From NCBI GenBank assembly GCA_030704615.1, contig CM060732.1:40858001-40922000 (forward strand): a stretch of DNA of 64,000 bases, read 5' to 3'. Of this stretch, positions 1 to 13,169 are shown piece by piece (position 1 is the first letter of the stretch; each line of letters begins with the position of its first letter). Below the pieces are notes generated by a model. That model was not told the DNA's origin. It saw only the letters and a list, made by a program, of their open reading frames with translations, and searched no databases. The DNA comes from Takakia lepidozioides. Lineage: Eukaryota; Plantae; Bryophyta. A program made the position numbers and the translations under genes.

Positions 1-613
1 CGTTAGTGTTTTTTGGACTACATGGGTTACACGTGGATCCTCAGAAGATGGTTGTACGATTGACATGTTACTTTGTGGCGGCGCCTTCATAATACAATAT
101 AAAGTAAGTGATAAAGTAACTAAATATTTTGTTATGGGTGTCTTAATCAATTTATTGGTTTTAGAGCCAATTGTCGCCACAAATACTTGTACTCATTACT
201 CATACATGAGTAATCAAAGAACAAATCAACATACATGTCATGGGATTTGATTGTAAATAAATTGTGCCGTCTAGTGTGTCAGTTCATAGTTGGACGATTA
301 ATCAACGATTGGTTGTAAAATAAATGGAAACATGCAGAGCATTTATGTTTCATATGCTCATAAGAAGAAGGCAGTACATTGGATTCTAAGATCTCAACAA
401 CGGCGCCGTCGTCTTAAAAATAGGGGATAGTCCATTTAGTTGTTTCTGTCAGAGAATAATATGGATGGAGCACATGCCTCAAAAAATTTGGACCTTCTGG
501 ATTGATGATACACATAAGTAATGTAAGCCATTTAATGTATTTGCATAAGGTCTTGCAAGATGTGCGCTTTCATTCATTTTGCATCTTCTCTCAAACTTTG
601 AGGGCATTGCCAA

Positions 614-3600
614 ATGTCTACACCAAAATATGCAGTGCTTTCATGTCCACCTGATGCAAAAGTGGTTCGTTATCCTTGCAATGGAAACAAGTGCATTATC
701 CCAGAACCTTGGTTATGCAATAGATTCAAACTTGTTCCGGGTTCAGTTTTTTTGGAGGATGATGGAGATGATGATGCCTCCACAGTGTTGCTTCCAGTTT
801 TCAATGACGGCCAAAAGCAATGGGAGTTGTTTCCAGACACTTTCTCCAAGTACCGTGTCACAGGTACGAGCTATACACAGTCACATGATGAGAGGCACAC
901 TTCTATTGCAAGAAAGAACGATCAAGCTGCGACAAATGGGAGTTGTAAATTGAAGGAGGAGGTTGCAGATTCGGCGAGCTTGGGGTCTCATAATTCGGAT
1001 TGTGTTGAGGTTTCTAAGAGTGTATTTTGTGGATCTCAACCTTCCTCATCTGCTCATACGGTCTTGCTTCACGACATGAAGCCTCGGAAAACTCCATTGG
1101 ACAACACCACGTCTGATTGTTGCGAATCTGCGAGGGGTTTATCTTCATCTCCACGACTAGCAGGGGAGGCTACATCTGCATTTCCTTCTGGTGTGTTGTC
1201 CATTTTGAGTATCTTGGCCATTGCTCGGAGGAATGGATCAAAAGGAGAGCTTTCTACCTTGGACTATAGTCACATTCCAGTGCATCGTGTTCGGTGTCTT
1301 CCTCGAGCTTTTGATGGAAAAGTGATCCACGAACTCCCCCCCGTGGTCAAACTACGTACGGACCGTGGTTCACAGTCCCTCCAAGGCATGGACCGCAAGT
1401 TTGATGGTCATCCTTGGTGCAAGACCAATACCTACAATATGTCTGGTGTTCCAGATCATGTGAAATGTAGTAAGGTTCTTTGTGTTGGAAAGCTCATATG
1501 TCAAAGCAGCACTTGCCCCTTCTTCAAGAAAGAAGGAGAACGGAATGACCGCTATTGGGAAGGCAATGCAGACAAGGTGTTCATTGCAGGAGCCCAAGTT
1601 CCATTCAACCAGTTCAAGTGTAGTTTCTGCAAAGAAAGACCTTTCTGTGAGGCGCATTGTGGGGCAAGAATGTACTATGTCACAAGTTCCCTTCCAACAT
1701 ATACACGTGTTGCAGTTCACGTTGGGTTTCATAACCATCCATGTGCCAAGGGCGAGAATAGAGAGGCTGCGGAAAATGCATCAAGCATGATTCAAGAACA
1801 CGTTAAGATGAAGCCATGGTCGACCCCGGGAGCTATTTCCTTGTCAATGGCCCAAAAGCTCTTGATTGATCGAGTTCTTGTGGCTGATGGCACAGAGACA
1901 GTACGTCTTGAGGAGAGGCTTTGGAAGATATTCTTGAAGAGTTTGCCCATGTTTGTAGCCCCAATGTGAAAAACAAGGTCGCATCTGCACGTGTCAATTC
2001 CATCATGTCCATATTGGAGTTGAAGCGTCTGAGTACATACCATTTCATTCACAGCAATCTCCTTCCAGGCCAGCATACTTCTCATCTCCCCATGTTTTCA
2101 AGATGTCTGTTGCTGGTCCCGGGAGTGGTCTTGTGCGTCGCATGAGTGAGGGGGATCTACGCACAAGTTGGGTAGTATTTGACCATGTCAAACGCATCAA
2201 GGATTGGACAACTCTTGCGTGTCATGTCTATGAACCATATGTCAAGCGAATGATGACCATTGCCATTTGCGATATGAAAACAGAGGATGCAGATGCTCAG
2301 GTGTTATTCTGGGAGATGATCAATGAACAAGCAAAACTTGCTGGCTTGAACAAACCAAATTTTGCTGGCTTCATGGCGGATGCAGCAGGAGCGAATTGGG
2401 CTGCTGTTCGAAGGGTTTATGGATCTGATCCCAATGTCCCAATGGAAGGTAAAGAAAGAACATGTTTATATCATTGGGCTGAAAGCCTCCGAAGACACAC
2501 CAACGACTATATCTTGGAGGACTTCCGTGAAAGGCACACTCAGCTCTGTTATGAATGGAAAGATAGTGCTACCTTGGAGGATGCTACAACCACATACATT
2601 GCAATTCGGGCTTGGTGGCTCTCTTCAGGAGCATGCACAGAAAAGAGTCTGCCAAAACTAGATTCATGGCTTGCATGGTGGCACTACAGATATCGAATGT
2701 GGGGCCAATGGATGAGAGAGGACATGGATGTGGAGGCAGATGCAGATATGCCTACCACTAATTTGTCTGAGGCAGTCCATTCTGCTTGGTGGAAGACAGC
2801 AGGCAATGGGAAAAAAATGAAGGTGGATCTATATGAGGCCACCATGCATGACATGTCACGAGCTCTTTTGCAGCAGGCAACATTTTACAGGCACACCACA
2901 GGAAAGACATGGGGGACGGGGCCCGACAAAGAGGAGCTCATGTTGCGTCAAGCAGCTAGATCTAATAGCCCAGCAAAAATGGGTAAGGTTGTACGTGGCA
3001 TAGTAGCTGGAACACCCATGCACACAAGGGGGGTTCAATTGGAGGGAGACAATCGCACTATTCCAGTCAAACGCAAGTTAGGCGATGAGCATGGTGGGCC
3101 AAACGAATCTTGGAGGTGTGATATGAATGTAAAGACTGTTCCAGTGCGCGCCACTGGGATGCCCAGTCCACACCAGCCATCTAGGTTTGTCAGCTCCAAA
3201 TCAAGTCATGACATTCCTGGTTCTTCGACTTTCTGTGAGACAAATCCACATGTTGCTATCCCTCCTCAGCCAATGCAATGGGGAAATCCAGTGAGAGAGA
3301 CACAAGACTTTTCCGATGCATTGTTCAGGATTCAGCGGACAGGTCCTGCTTCCATGGTTCGTTGTTCTGCCTTGGTTGGAGTTTCCAAAGATAAATGCAA
3401 AGCGCTCATCAGGAAAGGTAAAGGAAGTCCTGCACCTTGCTTCACTGGCAAGTTACTAGCACCGAACATGAAAGAACCAAAACTGCAAGTTTTTTGGTTT
3501 TGCCCCACAGATGTTTTGTCGTGTGTTGGAGGGACCGTGCCATCCTATTGCTTGGGAAAACCGGGTATACCTAACGTGTGGCCTGTGAAGGTTGGAACCA

Positions 3601-4148
3601 ACCTTACACAAGAAGAGGTGGACAACTTGACCCTTGCAGGTTTTCGACTAGTCCATCCTCCCAACGTTCCTGATCCGAACTTTCCTGTGGGACCACTTCC
3701 AGTGGAACAACATATTCATCAAGGTGTTGTCCTTCCTGTGGGTAAGTATCCCACTACACGCTATGGGGTGCGCATTCGGCGTCGGGATCCGACTCCTCGA
3801 CACTTGAGTCGCCAAGAGTCAGCGGAGACTCTTATTGCTGAGGTTCGTGGATTCAGAAACGTGCCTCAGCCAGGTTATGGGAGAATTTACCAGCTACAAA
3901 CAGAGGGATCTACCAGAGCAGGATTGGTTTATAATGTATACATTGGTCAGTTTCCATCTTGTGATTGTCCCGACTTTGATGAGCTATCTGTCAAGAAGAA
4001 AAAACAAACATATCTACCTTGTAAGCACATGTACTTCATGTACAACGTGCATCTAGGATGCGCCGGGGCTTATGAGATCCACCAACCTTCCCTTAGCCAG
4101 TTAGAGGTTAGGGCTATGCTAAAGAAGGACCCTAGTTCAACTTCTTAG
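614..4148 (+). pseudogene. MULE-type DDE transposase (~1180 aa) with N-terminal WRKY/GCM1-like Zn domain and C-terminal SWIM finger; two frameshifts
   Basis: ORFs 614-1969, 1921-2145 and 2103-4148 join via frameshifts near 1920 and 2100. GCM-like: DGHPWCKT..C.GKL.C....CP..C..C...C.ARMY...VH.G.HNHP. DDE core: VFDHVKR, FMADAAGAN, CLYH, TTNLSEAVH. SWIM: CDCPDF...CKHMY. Collinear with 58080-61615. Confidence 0.85.
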
Positions 4149-4715
4149 TGACACATGAAATGCACAAAAAAAGAACCTCTAACTTGTGCCGTTCATTTTC
4201 ATGCATGTGACATGTAATTATCTTGTTACTACTTTATTCCAAACATGACACATAGCATTTGTTAGTACAGAAGTTCCTATTTTGGTTAAAATGGAACTTG
4301 TGTACCTGTCATACAAGTTTTCAAATTATAGAACTGCTTGGCATTACAAACAGACATGCAATGTGGTGGTTTCAAACATGACACATATGCATTTGTTAGT
4401 ACAAAAGTCCATATTTTGGTTAATATGAAACTGTTTTCCTTGAATACAAGTTTGCAAACTATTACTTTGGCCAGGGATCTTGTATTCTCTTCAGTTTAAG
4501 GTGGTGCGATAGTTGGAGTTAGTGGTCACATGCATCTTTGACCATTGACTACTGATTTTGTTAGCTAAGATTTTTATTTTATTTTTTTCTATATACATAT
4601 GATGTAACATTTGCATATGCAATAAATACGTCGTATTCTATGTTATATAACTCCACTGCATACAATCTACAATGTGTGCATACAAATTTGTCACATGCAT
4701 ATATAATAAGGGATT

Positions 4716-7110
4716 TTGTGCATGCATGCACGCAACCTGTGCATATGGAATAGCAACCCCCCAGAAGAGTCTGAGGAAGCAATTGCCGGTGGGTCTTTCA
4801 TACATGTTCTTGATGTTTCCCAAGTCCATGGAGATCCGAACACCCAGCCGGCTGTCCACCAGACTGACCAGCACACTGAACAGTGGACACATGGAAGGAC
4901 TGCCGAGCAACCTGTGGCGGGGCAGCATACTGTCTTCATTGATGAGCAGACTGAATCGCAGACTAACCAGCAGACTGCACAGGTCACAGATGGAAGGACT
5001 GACCAGGATGGCTCGGAGCGGCAGACTGCACAGCTTAGCTCTGACTGCACAGTTCAGATTGCACGGCCTGACCAGCACATTACACACTTCATAGAGGGAA
5101 GGACTGACGACCAACCTGCCATCGAGCACATTGCCCACATTGAGGAAGAGACTGAACCGCAGAGTTGCCAGCAGACTGCACAGTTCACAGACAAAAAGGA
5201 CTGACGAAGAACCGACGGCCGAGCAGACTGCCCACATTGAGCAACAGACTGAACATGCTGGCAGGCACACTGACAAAGAACCACATGTGGCACGGACACC
5301 ATCTGGTATAGCGCTGGATTACATGGAGTCTGCTCCCTCACCCCTTGGGCAGGTTGTTCCATTTCCTCTTTCAGCACTGTTGTTTATGTTTTAGCACATT
5401 GTGAAATTGGGCTAATTCGACATTTTGCTCGGTATCCTCACAGGATGTTCGTCCCTCCGTCGGCATACTATCTACTTCTGAGGACATGACATCTTCCGCC
5501 CATGCTGCAAACGTGGGATCGACAACCAAGAAAGGTGTGGGGGTGAGCACGCCCCCCGATGCGCGGGTCAGTTCTACGCATGCGACCCACGAAGCTGCAA
5601 AGACAGGTCCAGCAAGTGTAAACAAACCTGCTGACCAGCCTCTGTTGCGAAGTAGGGCGGCAGCGCTGCGTTTGTCTGCTCTATCCAACCCGCCTACAGC
5701 TGTCCCTGCTTCCCAGGGGAGAGGCAAAGCCAAGAAGCGGACTATCGTAGACTATGCTGAGGAGGTCGAGGAGGGTCCGAGTACCAAGAGACCGGCGAAG
5801 AAAAAGTCTAGCGTCTTTATGAACAAGAACCGCAAGCTGGCCTTGGACATGGACAAAGATGTGGGTCGTTTCCTGGAGCAGCACAGGTGAGTACTGTGCT
5901 CAGTCTCCTCGTCTGTCTTTGTCGTTAAGTGCTTTGCGCTCTGTTGTGGTCAGTCTGCTGCTGGTTTCATCATTGTCTGTTGTGGTTAGTCTTGTCAGTC
6001 TGATGAATTGTTCAGCCTGTAGAGTGTTTTGGTACCATGTTGACGTCAGTCTGTTCAGTACATGAGGCTTCTCGAAGGATGGTATGCTCTGTGCAGGATG
6101 GGTGCTCGGTTTGGCAAAACATATGCTCTGCACGTGAAGGCGGGTAATTCCATGTTGATGTTTTTTGAAGGGGACCCACGGTTTGAATGCGGACTGTCGC
6201 CGGATAACATAAAGGCGGTCCAGAAGGTTGAGTTAGAGTGCACAGATAGACTCCTGGAGCTGTGGTGTCGATTCTATGAGAAGTCGGTTAAGGCTGCGTT
6301 CACCAACACTATTGCTGTTCTTCCAACGTCGACGTGGACGGTGTTGAAGTCATTGGGGGTGGGGCAACATAAAAGCCTTCTGGAGGTCTTGAAAGGTTGC
6401 CTCAGCATTGAACGACTGGGCAAGGACTTGAAAGAGTGCGATTTCATTTTGGTGCCAATTGGGGACGAGTAAGAACTCTTCTGAGTCTGCTGAGACTGTC
6501 TCTTGAGTCATAGTCTGGTTTCGCAGTGTTGTCTTGACTCTGAGCGATTAAGTTGACCTCTGTATTTGTGCAGTGGACTGGGTTTGAAGATTGAGTCTGC
6601 TGAGTGGTCGGTCTGCTGAGTGTCAGTCTACTGAGTCTGCCCATCATGATTGTGCAATGACGCCATGTTGTTTGATACCATTGCAGGGGGCACTGGAGTG
6701 TTTGTATCATCGACCTCCGCAAGGGTTGTTACACTCACCTGAACTCCATCAGGGACTTGCATAAATGTCCCTTTGTTCTAGGGTGGATTCGGAAGCTTCA
6801 TGCTGAGTGCTTAGGGTACTCGATGGACTCACCATAGTGGCATGAGATTGTCCAAGCATTTCAGTTCCACGCGCCTGATGTGCCCCAGCAACCATTCAGC
6901 TGGGAGTGTGGCTTTTACGTCATGTCATTCATTCAAGTATTTTATGAGTGGGTAAAAGTCAGAGCAAATGTCTCCAAGACTGCAAAGCCAGAGAGAGGAA
7001 CACCTTTCACGAAGGACTGGTTTACTTTCAAGTTTGTACTTGGGCAGCGAATGCAGTGTGCCCAGTATATCGTGTGGGGGTTGGACAATGTAGAGAAACT
7101 GCTTTCATGA
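4716..7110 (+). pseudogene. Spliced TE accessory gene ending in a Ulp1/C48 (SUMO protease-like) domain
   Basis: Q/T/E-rich repeats and a K-rich NLS-like exon, then DFILVPIGD | GHWSVCIIDL..HLNSI ... PQQPFSWECGFYVMSF. Catalytic His and Cys are kept; the expected Asp is Asn. In-frame TAG at ~6835 and a GT-AG intron at ~6470-6686. Ulp1-bearing MULEs are established (KAONASHI type). Confidence 0.75.
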
Positions 7111-7609
7111 GTATGATGTACTTGTCCTGTGAAGTCTATGTACCGAAATAAAAAATGCGAGTCTTTTCGCTTACTATTCCAGTGGTGATGAGCACTTTTG
7201 TGTACTGTGGGTGCTGGCATGTTTTGTAATGTTGTCACTAAACTCAATGGACACAATGGTGTCAATTTTTCCATGCACTGTGCACCCGAGTCTGCTGAGC
7301 TTGAATGTGCGAGCAGTACGCTGCCAAGGCTAGGACTGCTGGGTCTGGTACCTTGTCTGGGAGGCACCATGTCCATGAGTCCGCTGGGACGCTGGATTGG
7401 CATAAGTTGCAGGGATGAGGTGGAAGTGTGGTGAGCAGACTTTTGGAGTGGGCAGCAGACTGACCAGAAGACTGGCTTACTGGCGCTCGCAGTCTGTTGA
7501 TTGTGACTCTGTTGGGAGACTGTGCGTGAGTCCGTTGGGAGACTATGCTTGGGAGACTGTGCATTAGTCCATTGCGGACTTGTATTTCAGAAAGGGACAA
7601 TGCTACCAG

Positions 7610-7809
7610 AAGAATTGCAGACTTATATTGTCTTCTTCGTGACACCTACACGACATGAAACCTTGTCTCTTTTCGAGGAATTGCAGACTTCTTTTGTCTT
7701 CTCCGTGACACCTACATGACGTGAAACCTTGCGAATTTTCGAGGCATTGCAGACTTATATTGTCTTCTTCGTGACATCTACACGACCTGAAACCTTGCGA
7801 ATTTTCGAG
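7610..7809. repeat. 66-bp tandem repeat, 3 copies
   Basis: TTGCAGACTT...GTGACACCTACA...TGAAACCTTG starts at 7615, 7681 and 7747. Confidence 0.85.
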
Positions 7810-8425
7810 TATATATGTGCTGCAGGTGCAGGTGCAGACACCCTCTTGCTGGTTCTTCGCAAAACCCTAGGCCGGGTTTTCCAGGCCTCCACGAAATCTC
7901 GTCTCCTTTTCAGAGACATGTTGTTGTTGTTGTTCAGAGGACGAAAAGCCTTCGCTGCCGCAGGGTGCAACATTCCAGCCGCACTTTTCGCCAAGATATC
8001 AACGAGCTGCCCTCTGCACATATGAAGAGCAGATCGGGCATGTGCCTCCAGGTATTTGTCATCACCTACAATGCGAAGTATGTCCGCGAATTCTTGTTCC
8101 AATGAGGCTGAGACCTCCAGAGGTGCCTCGTCGTAGGGGAAGTCGTCCGGAGGATGTCTTTCCATGAACTGATTGGATTCGTCATTGCCGCCAGCACCAT
8201 TGCCCAAGAGTAAGTTAGGTAATCCTCCATGAATGGTTCCCAGCGCCGTGCCACAAGCGCGCACAAGGAGGCCATCCTGCAGGTCAGGGTGAAGCATCTT
8301 CAGGACACGGACCTGATCCTTGCATAAGTTTTCCTTCATTGCCCATGGGCTCGTGCAACAACCCCAATCGCAATCAAGATTGTAAACAATGTATGTTGTG
8401 CTGGGGTGGTTGCTGCTCATTGTTC
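7755..8425 (-). pseudogene. 3' fragment of a different MULE transposase family (SWIM finger and tail)
   Basis: NHPSTTYIVYNLDCDWGCCTSPWAMKENLCKDQVRV is a decayed SWIM (CxC..CKH). It is homologous to the insert at 24801-25286. Confidence 0.7.
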
Positions 8426-9517
8426 TCCACCCAGCCCAAACACTGTAGTAATCTGCCCCATATGCAACCGTTAGATGTAGTTCCATCCATCGCACCAGAA
8501 CAATACAAGCACTCAAGCAATCACATTAGACACCTCGTCATTTGCAGTCACACACTCAACCTTTCATTCATTTATCCATTCTTTCAAACATCCTTGCCAA
8601 AATCATTCATCCAAAATTAGACACATATATATTACTTTGTCAACCAGCATTCGACACGTATAGTCGTGCAGTCATACATTGAAATGCCCACGTCATCCTA
8701 GTGCATTAATGTTGGTTATAACTCCTAGTCGTATCAACCATCTCAATGCATTTGGTCAACTCTACTGGACCGCAGATTCGCAGATGTAGGAGTAAGGTAG
8801 TCAGATAGATGACTTGTGTCTACCTCCATTGGCATTGACGACTGCATCTGGCATTTTGCAAACAAATATGAAACAACTGCCCAAAAGTGGCAGACCCAAA
8901 AGCCAAGATCTGTTGTAGTGAAATCTCACACAAAAGTTTTGGGGTTCATGAAGCTGTTAATACTGCATATATCATATATCGTGGCTTAGAGTGGTAGGAA
9001 ACCTTGTTGGACGTTAGCGCATATTTCGTTGTAAAGCTTATCTTCATATACTTGAGCAATTACAATAAAAAACATTGATGCGAAAACTAAGAAGTGCATT
9101 ATTTGGGATATAGCAAAGTGACTAAAGATTATCGACTTTACGATTTCATAAAGTGATATGTTTTCAATAGTTGAGATGTAATTTTCAATGAAACTCGAGG
9201 AGGTCTTGCAAATGAGTCAAATTCTGGTGCTAAGGGTATGTGTTGATAATTTCATGCTGAACCAATTAATTTGGGAAGATGAAACATCTAATGTTCAAGT
9301 TGAAGGCGAGTTATCGCATGGTCAAGATGAGGAATGGTATAATTGCATAATTATCTTGCGGAGAGGGAGTGTCGGAAGAAAAGCTCCATATTCAACACAT
9401 GTGCAACTTGAATGATAAATAATGTTAGAAACACTAAAGTAGCTCCTAGTTTGGTGACACTTTTAATTAAAGGTAATCTAAGGCCATTATGGGACTGCTT
9501 TATACATATAATAAAAA

Positions 9518-10160
9518 GCCTCTCATTTTTTAATAATAGGGTCATGAATACACGGGCGGGCCTCGCCAGTACAACCCTTGGGGTGAGCTCATAAGCCCAC
9601 CGCCCATTCACCGGGTCGGCGAGATTCTGAAAATTTTCCAAGTCCTTGTTCATCTACCGTGGCGGACCTTCTAGCAGACTGGGCAGACCCTCCAACAGAC
9701 CGACTCCAACCTTCTAGCGGACAGGGAGGCAAACCCTCCGGCAGACCAACCTCTCCAGCAGACTGGGCAGACCCCCCTCCAGTAGACCTTCCAAGCAGAC
9801 TGAGCAGACCGGCTTGGACCCTCCAGCAGACCGGCAGACCCTTCGACAAAATATATATTTAATAACACACATTACTACCACGGTACAACCTAACAAGATT
9901 TGAATACCGAACCTCGTATTTATCATTCATTGCTCTTAACCACCACACTACCCGCCGCTTTCTGCAAATCAATTCAATAACTAATGTGTTATGTGCATAT
10001 TATGGCCCCAACAGACCAGCTTGCCGGGCAGACCCAGCAGTAGATTGGCGGGGTCCGGGAAGGGGCGCTCCCACCCTCAGCGACCCCCTCTGCCACACGC
10101 GGGCCCCGCTGCAGCCACACGTGCGGGCATTCATGACCCTATTATTGTTAAATGAGAAGC
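9518..10160. mobile_element. Non-autonomous MULE-type MITE (643 bp)
   Basis: Perfect 9-bp TSD TAATAAAAA (9509-9517, 10161-10169). ~35-bp TIR GC(C/T)TCTCATTT...AATAATAGGGTCATGAAT. Many internal GCAGAC(C) motifs. Confidence 0.92.
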
Positions 10161-13100
10161 TAATAAAAATAGGTGGAAAAGGCAAGTCTTTTAAAGATTG
10201 CCTTTAGCCTAGCTAAAACTATATGAGGCTGGGAGAGTTTTTGTTTCATGAGAGACTCTTCTTCTAAGGTTGGGTGGTGAGTTCTATTATTCTACATCTA
10301 CTTCCATAACTGTGCATCAAGCTAGCCATCGCTCTCACAACGCAAAAGCTTCGATAGCCCACAAAAGAGTGGTGTCCCACACGATCCTATGAATTAAGTA
10401 CAAGTATTAATGTTTTATTAGAATTTTTATTTATTTATTTATTTATTCTCCCCAGGGCCTGTGTCCCCGCCTGTTCATTAAAAAAAACAAGGGATATTGG
10501 AGGGAAGACAATAGGAATAATGTAAGAACTTAATGGATGCGTGCGCTCTGACGGTACTTTCGCCGGCTTCCGGCAACATGGGATCCTCCGGCGGGGCCCT
10601 GTCAAATCCTCCCCATCCCACCTTACCTTGGTTTCAGTATTAAATACTTGAGAATCCCAGTTGGTCTCATGCCATGGTGGGTAGCGTGATGGTAAGGTGG
10701 TAGCATTGCAGGTGGCAAGGTTCTGCGTTTAAATCTTGACATGAGGCTTTTGCAGTGTAACCTTGGTAGTAGTGTCCCAATCGGTGTAACCCTAGTCTCT
10801 CATGTAACGCTTCCTAATCCATTTTATACTTAGCCAAATTTGGACAGTCAAATTTCAAGACCATGTGTGGGTTACACCGAGTGAGGTTACACGCCTCGTG
10901 TAACCCAATGTAACCCTAAGTGGAGTTACACACCTCTTCGTGTAACCCAGACTGGAGTTTACATTCCTTCAGTTCCATATCACTCTCAAGAGAGGGTGGG
11001 GAAGATTTGACATGCCGGAAAACCGGCGTACCATCATGTCAGAGTTTACACGTGTGCATTAAGTTCTTACATTATTCCTATTATCTTCCTGGAGGTTTCC
11101 TTTGGAGACTTTCGCTCATGATCAACTTAGTTTGCATTTGGGTTTCTCGCCCAGACGACTCTTTGTGCGAGACAAGCCACGAAGCCTCTTCTCTCTGGTT
11201 GGGCGAATTGGGCGAATTCCTGTGGCATTTACTAGACTTGCTTACAACTCCAATTTTCTCATACAAATTCTGAAAAGTGTACAGTAGGTACTGTCAAGAT
11301 GGCAAGCATCTCGGAACAGGGTCCCTGACCAATTTGTTCAATTGCACTGTTACTGAGCATCTCGGCATCTCGGTACTGAGGATCTTTACGTACTTGAAAG
11401 TCTTTCCTCGTACATGCACAAATTTGGTCCAGATCATCTGCTAGAATGAAGACTTACATACCATTCTAGGGAGAATTCCACTTCATCTGTCTGAACTAGA
11501 TTTGCTATATCCTACCATTGAACAATTCCCTACTTCTCTATGTTTGAAAGCACTCTAGTGTAGCTCCGATGCAGATGCAAACAGCGGATGCGTCCTCGCA
11601 GAAGATCGGACACCAGATCATTTGATTTGTGTACATAGTTGTAAGCTGATTGCTTTTCTAGAATCGAAATCGTGCTCCATATATTGAACATTACGATCGA
11701 GCTTCCAGGTAAGCTGCCACAGGTCTATCAATAGTGTGCTTTGGAAGTGAAGACTCTTGTTACCTTCTTGCTGCCGTATCATGTGTGAGGGTGTGATAAG
11801 CTGAAAGCATCCGTGCTGGGAAGGCCATTAGCATGGACCTCAAGATTGTTTTGTATTCCGCACACTTCATTGTAGCCTCCCCGTAGCCTTTCGCTGGTAA
11901 TGGCAGCTGCAAAGAACACCACTACACTGTCTGAGTGGGGCCCCGACTTTGTGGTTTGAATTCATGGTCAACAACTAGCACGTCAACTGATATTGTTGAT
12001 TGGCCTGTGCACTAGGTGGTGTCACTCCCACGGATGCAAGTGACATTGGAAATTGGTAGCGGGATAGATATATTGCCAAATCTTTTGTCTGAGAGCTTGA
12101 GAGCTTGAGGACGTGCGATGGTCAAGGATGCCGGCCTCACGAGTAACCCCACATGTTGCGTCAGTGTCCTCGTCAGGTCCTCGCCACTATGTTCCAAATA
12201 GAAACAGCGGTTCGGGAGTGCGGTGGCCTATAAACATGGGTCTGTCCCTGCGATATCAGGCTGTGCAAGCTTTGGTGCATATCGTGAGAGTTCGGAGATA
12301 GTAGAGCAGTAGGAAGCTGTAAGAGTTGGTGAGAAAAGGGTAGGGCAGGGTACAATCGTACTCGGCAGGAATCCCTCAGAGGACTTCGCTACATGTGTGC
12401 ACAGAACCTTGGCTGTTGTAAGGTAGCCTGCAGCTGGATCGAAGCTTTGGCTACTAATCGTAAACTTGAGGAGTGTTTTCGTCTTCTGCTTGAGTATGGA
12501 ATGGATGCTTTAGTCCCAAGGACTAGACCTTACGTACTTTCAGGTCTGATCGTGCTCGCCTCTCGCTGTGCTGCAGGCGGGAAGCGCAGCAGCAGCTGCT
12601 GGCAGCGGACAGGGCCAATATCCCGCGGCGATCCTACTGCGGCGTGCTCCTACTACAGCCGGACATCAGCCGGCATCTCCTCGCAGAAGTTGCGGTTACG
12701 GAGTCGGCCTGCTTTGAGGTAAGGCCATGTAGCCAGGTCACATCACAATTCTCGAGACTCTCAACATTTCAGCCTGCACAATTCACCCTCCATACTCTCA
12801 ATTGCTTCAACAACAACGATAACTTTCTTCCAGGGCCTGTGTATGCAGGGCTGCCTATCAGCTAAATGGATATGGGATGTTTTGCTGAAAGACTGCAACT
12901 GTCGAAGAAGAGCCTCATGTGAACACTCACTAAAATTGATAAGAGTCCAGCGATTCATTGATAACTAGTCCTCCCTTGCCAATGAGGGTGCCAAAGCTGC
13001 TTGGGTTGTTTCTGACGAAGCCCACGCCATACACCATTGCCAATTCCACATGTACCTGGGTCCTGGGATCTCTCCCGATCAGCCTTAGTCGGCCTCTATG

Positions 13101-13169
13101 TCAAACTGATGAGAATCTTTTCCAGTTTCTGCAGAATTCTGTTGTAAGGTGCACACCTTCCTGTTCATC

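Larger units (their letters stand above)
1..10967 (+). mobile_element. Mutator-like (MULE) element A; left end probably outside the window, right end tentative
   Basis: Contains the transposase at 614-4148. The motif GGTTACAC/GTGTAACC occurs near 24-32 and clusters at ~10754-10960, ending ...ACATTCC. This mirrors the motif-rich termini of element B, which ends ...ACGCTCC. The boundaries, and whether the 4.7-8.4 kb cargo belongs to this element, are inferred. Confidence 0.45.

Noticed and set aside
4638-5377. Long Cys/Val-rich minus-strand ORFs
   Set aside because: These are antisense shadows of the plus-strand repetitive exon.
11290-13130. Possible decayed LRR receptor-like gene on the minus strand (EVGNCS..., SGILP, LSDKRFGNISIP..ISN.T)
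   Set aside because: Only scattered short motifs with no continuous frame; too weak to call without a search.
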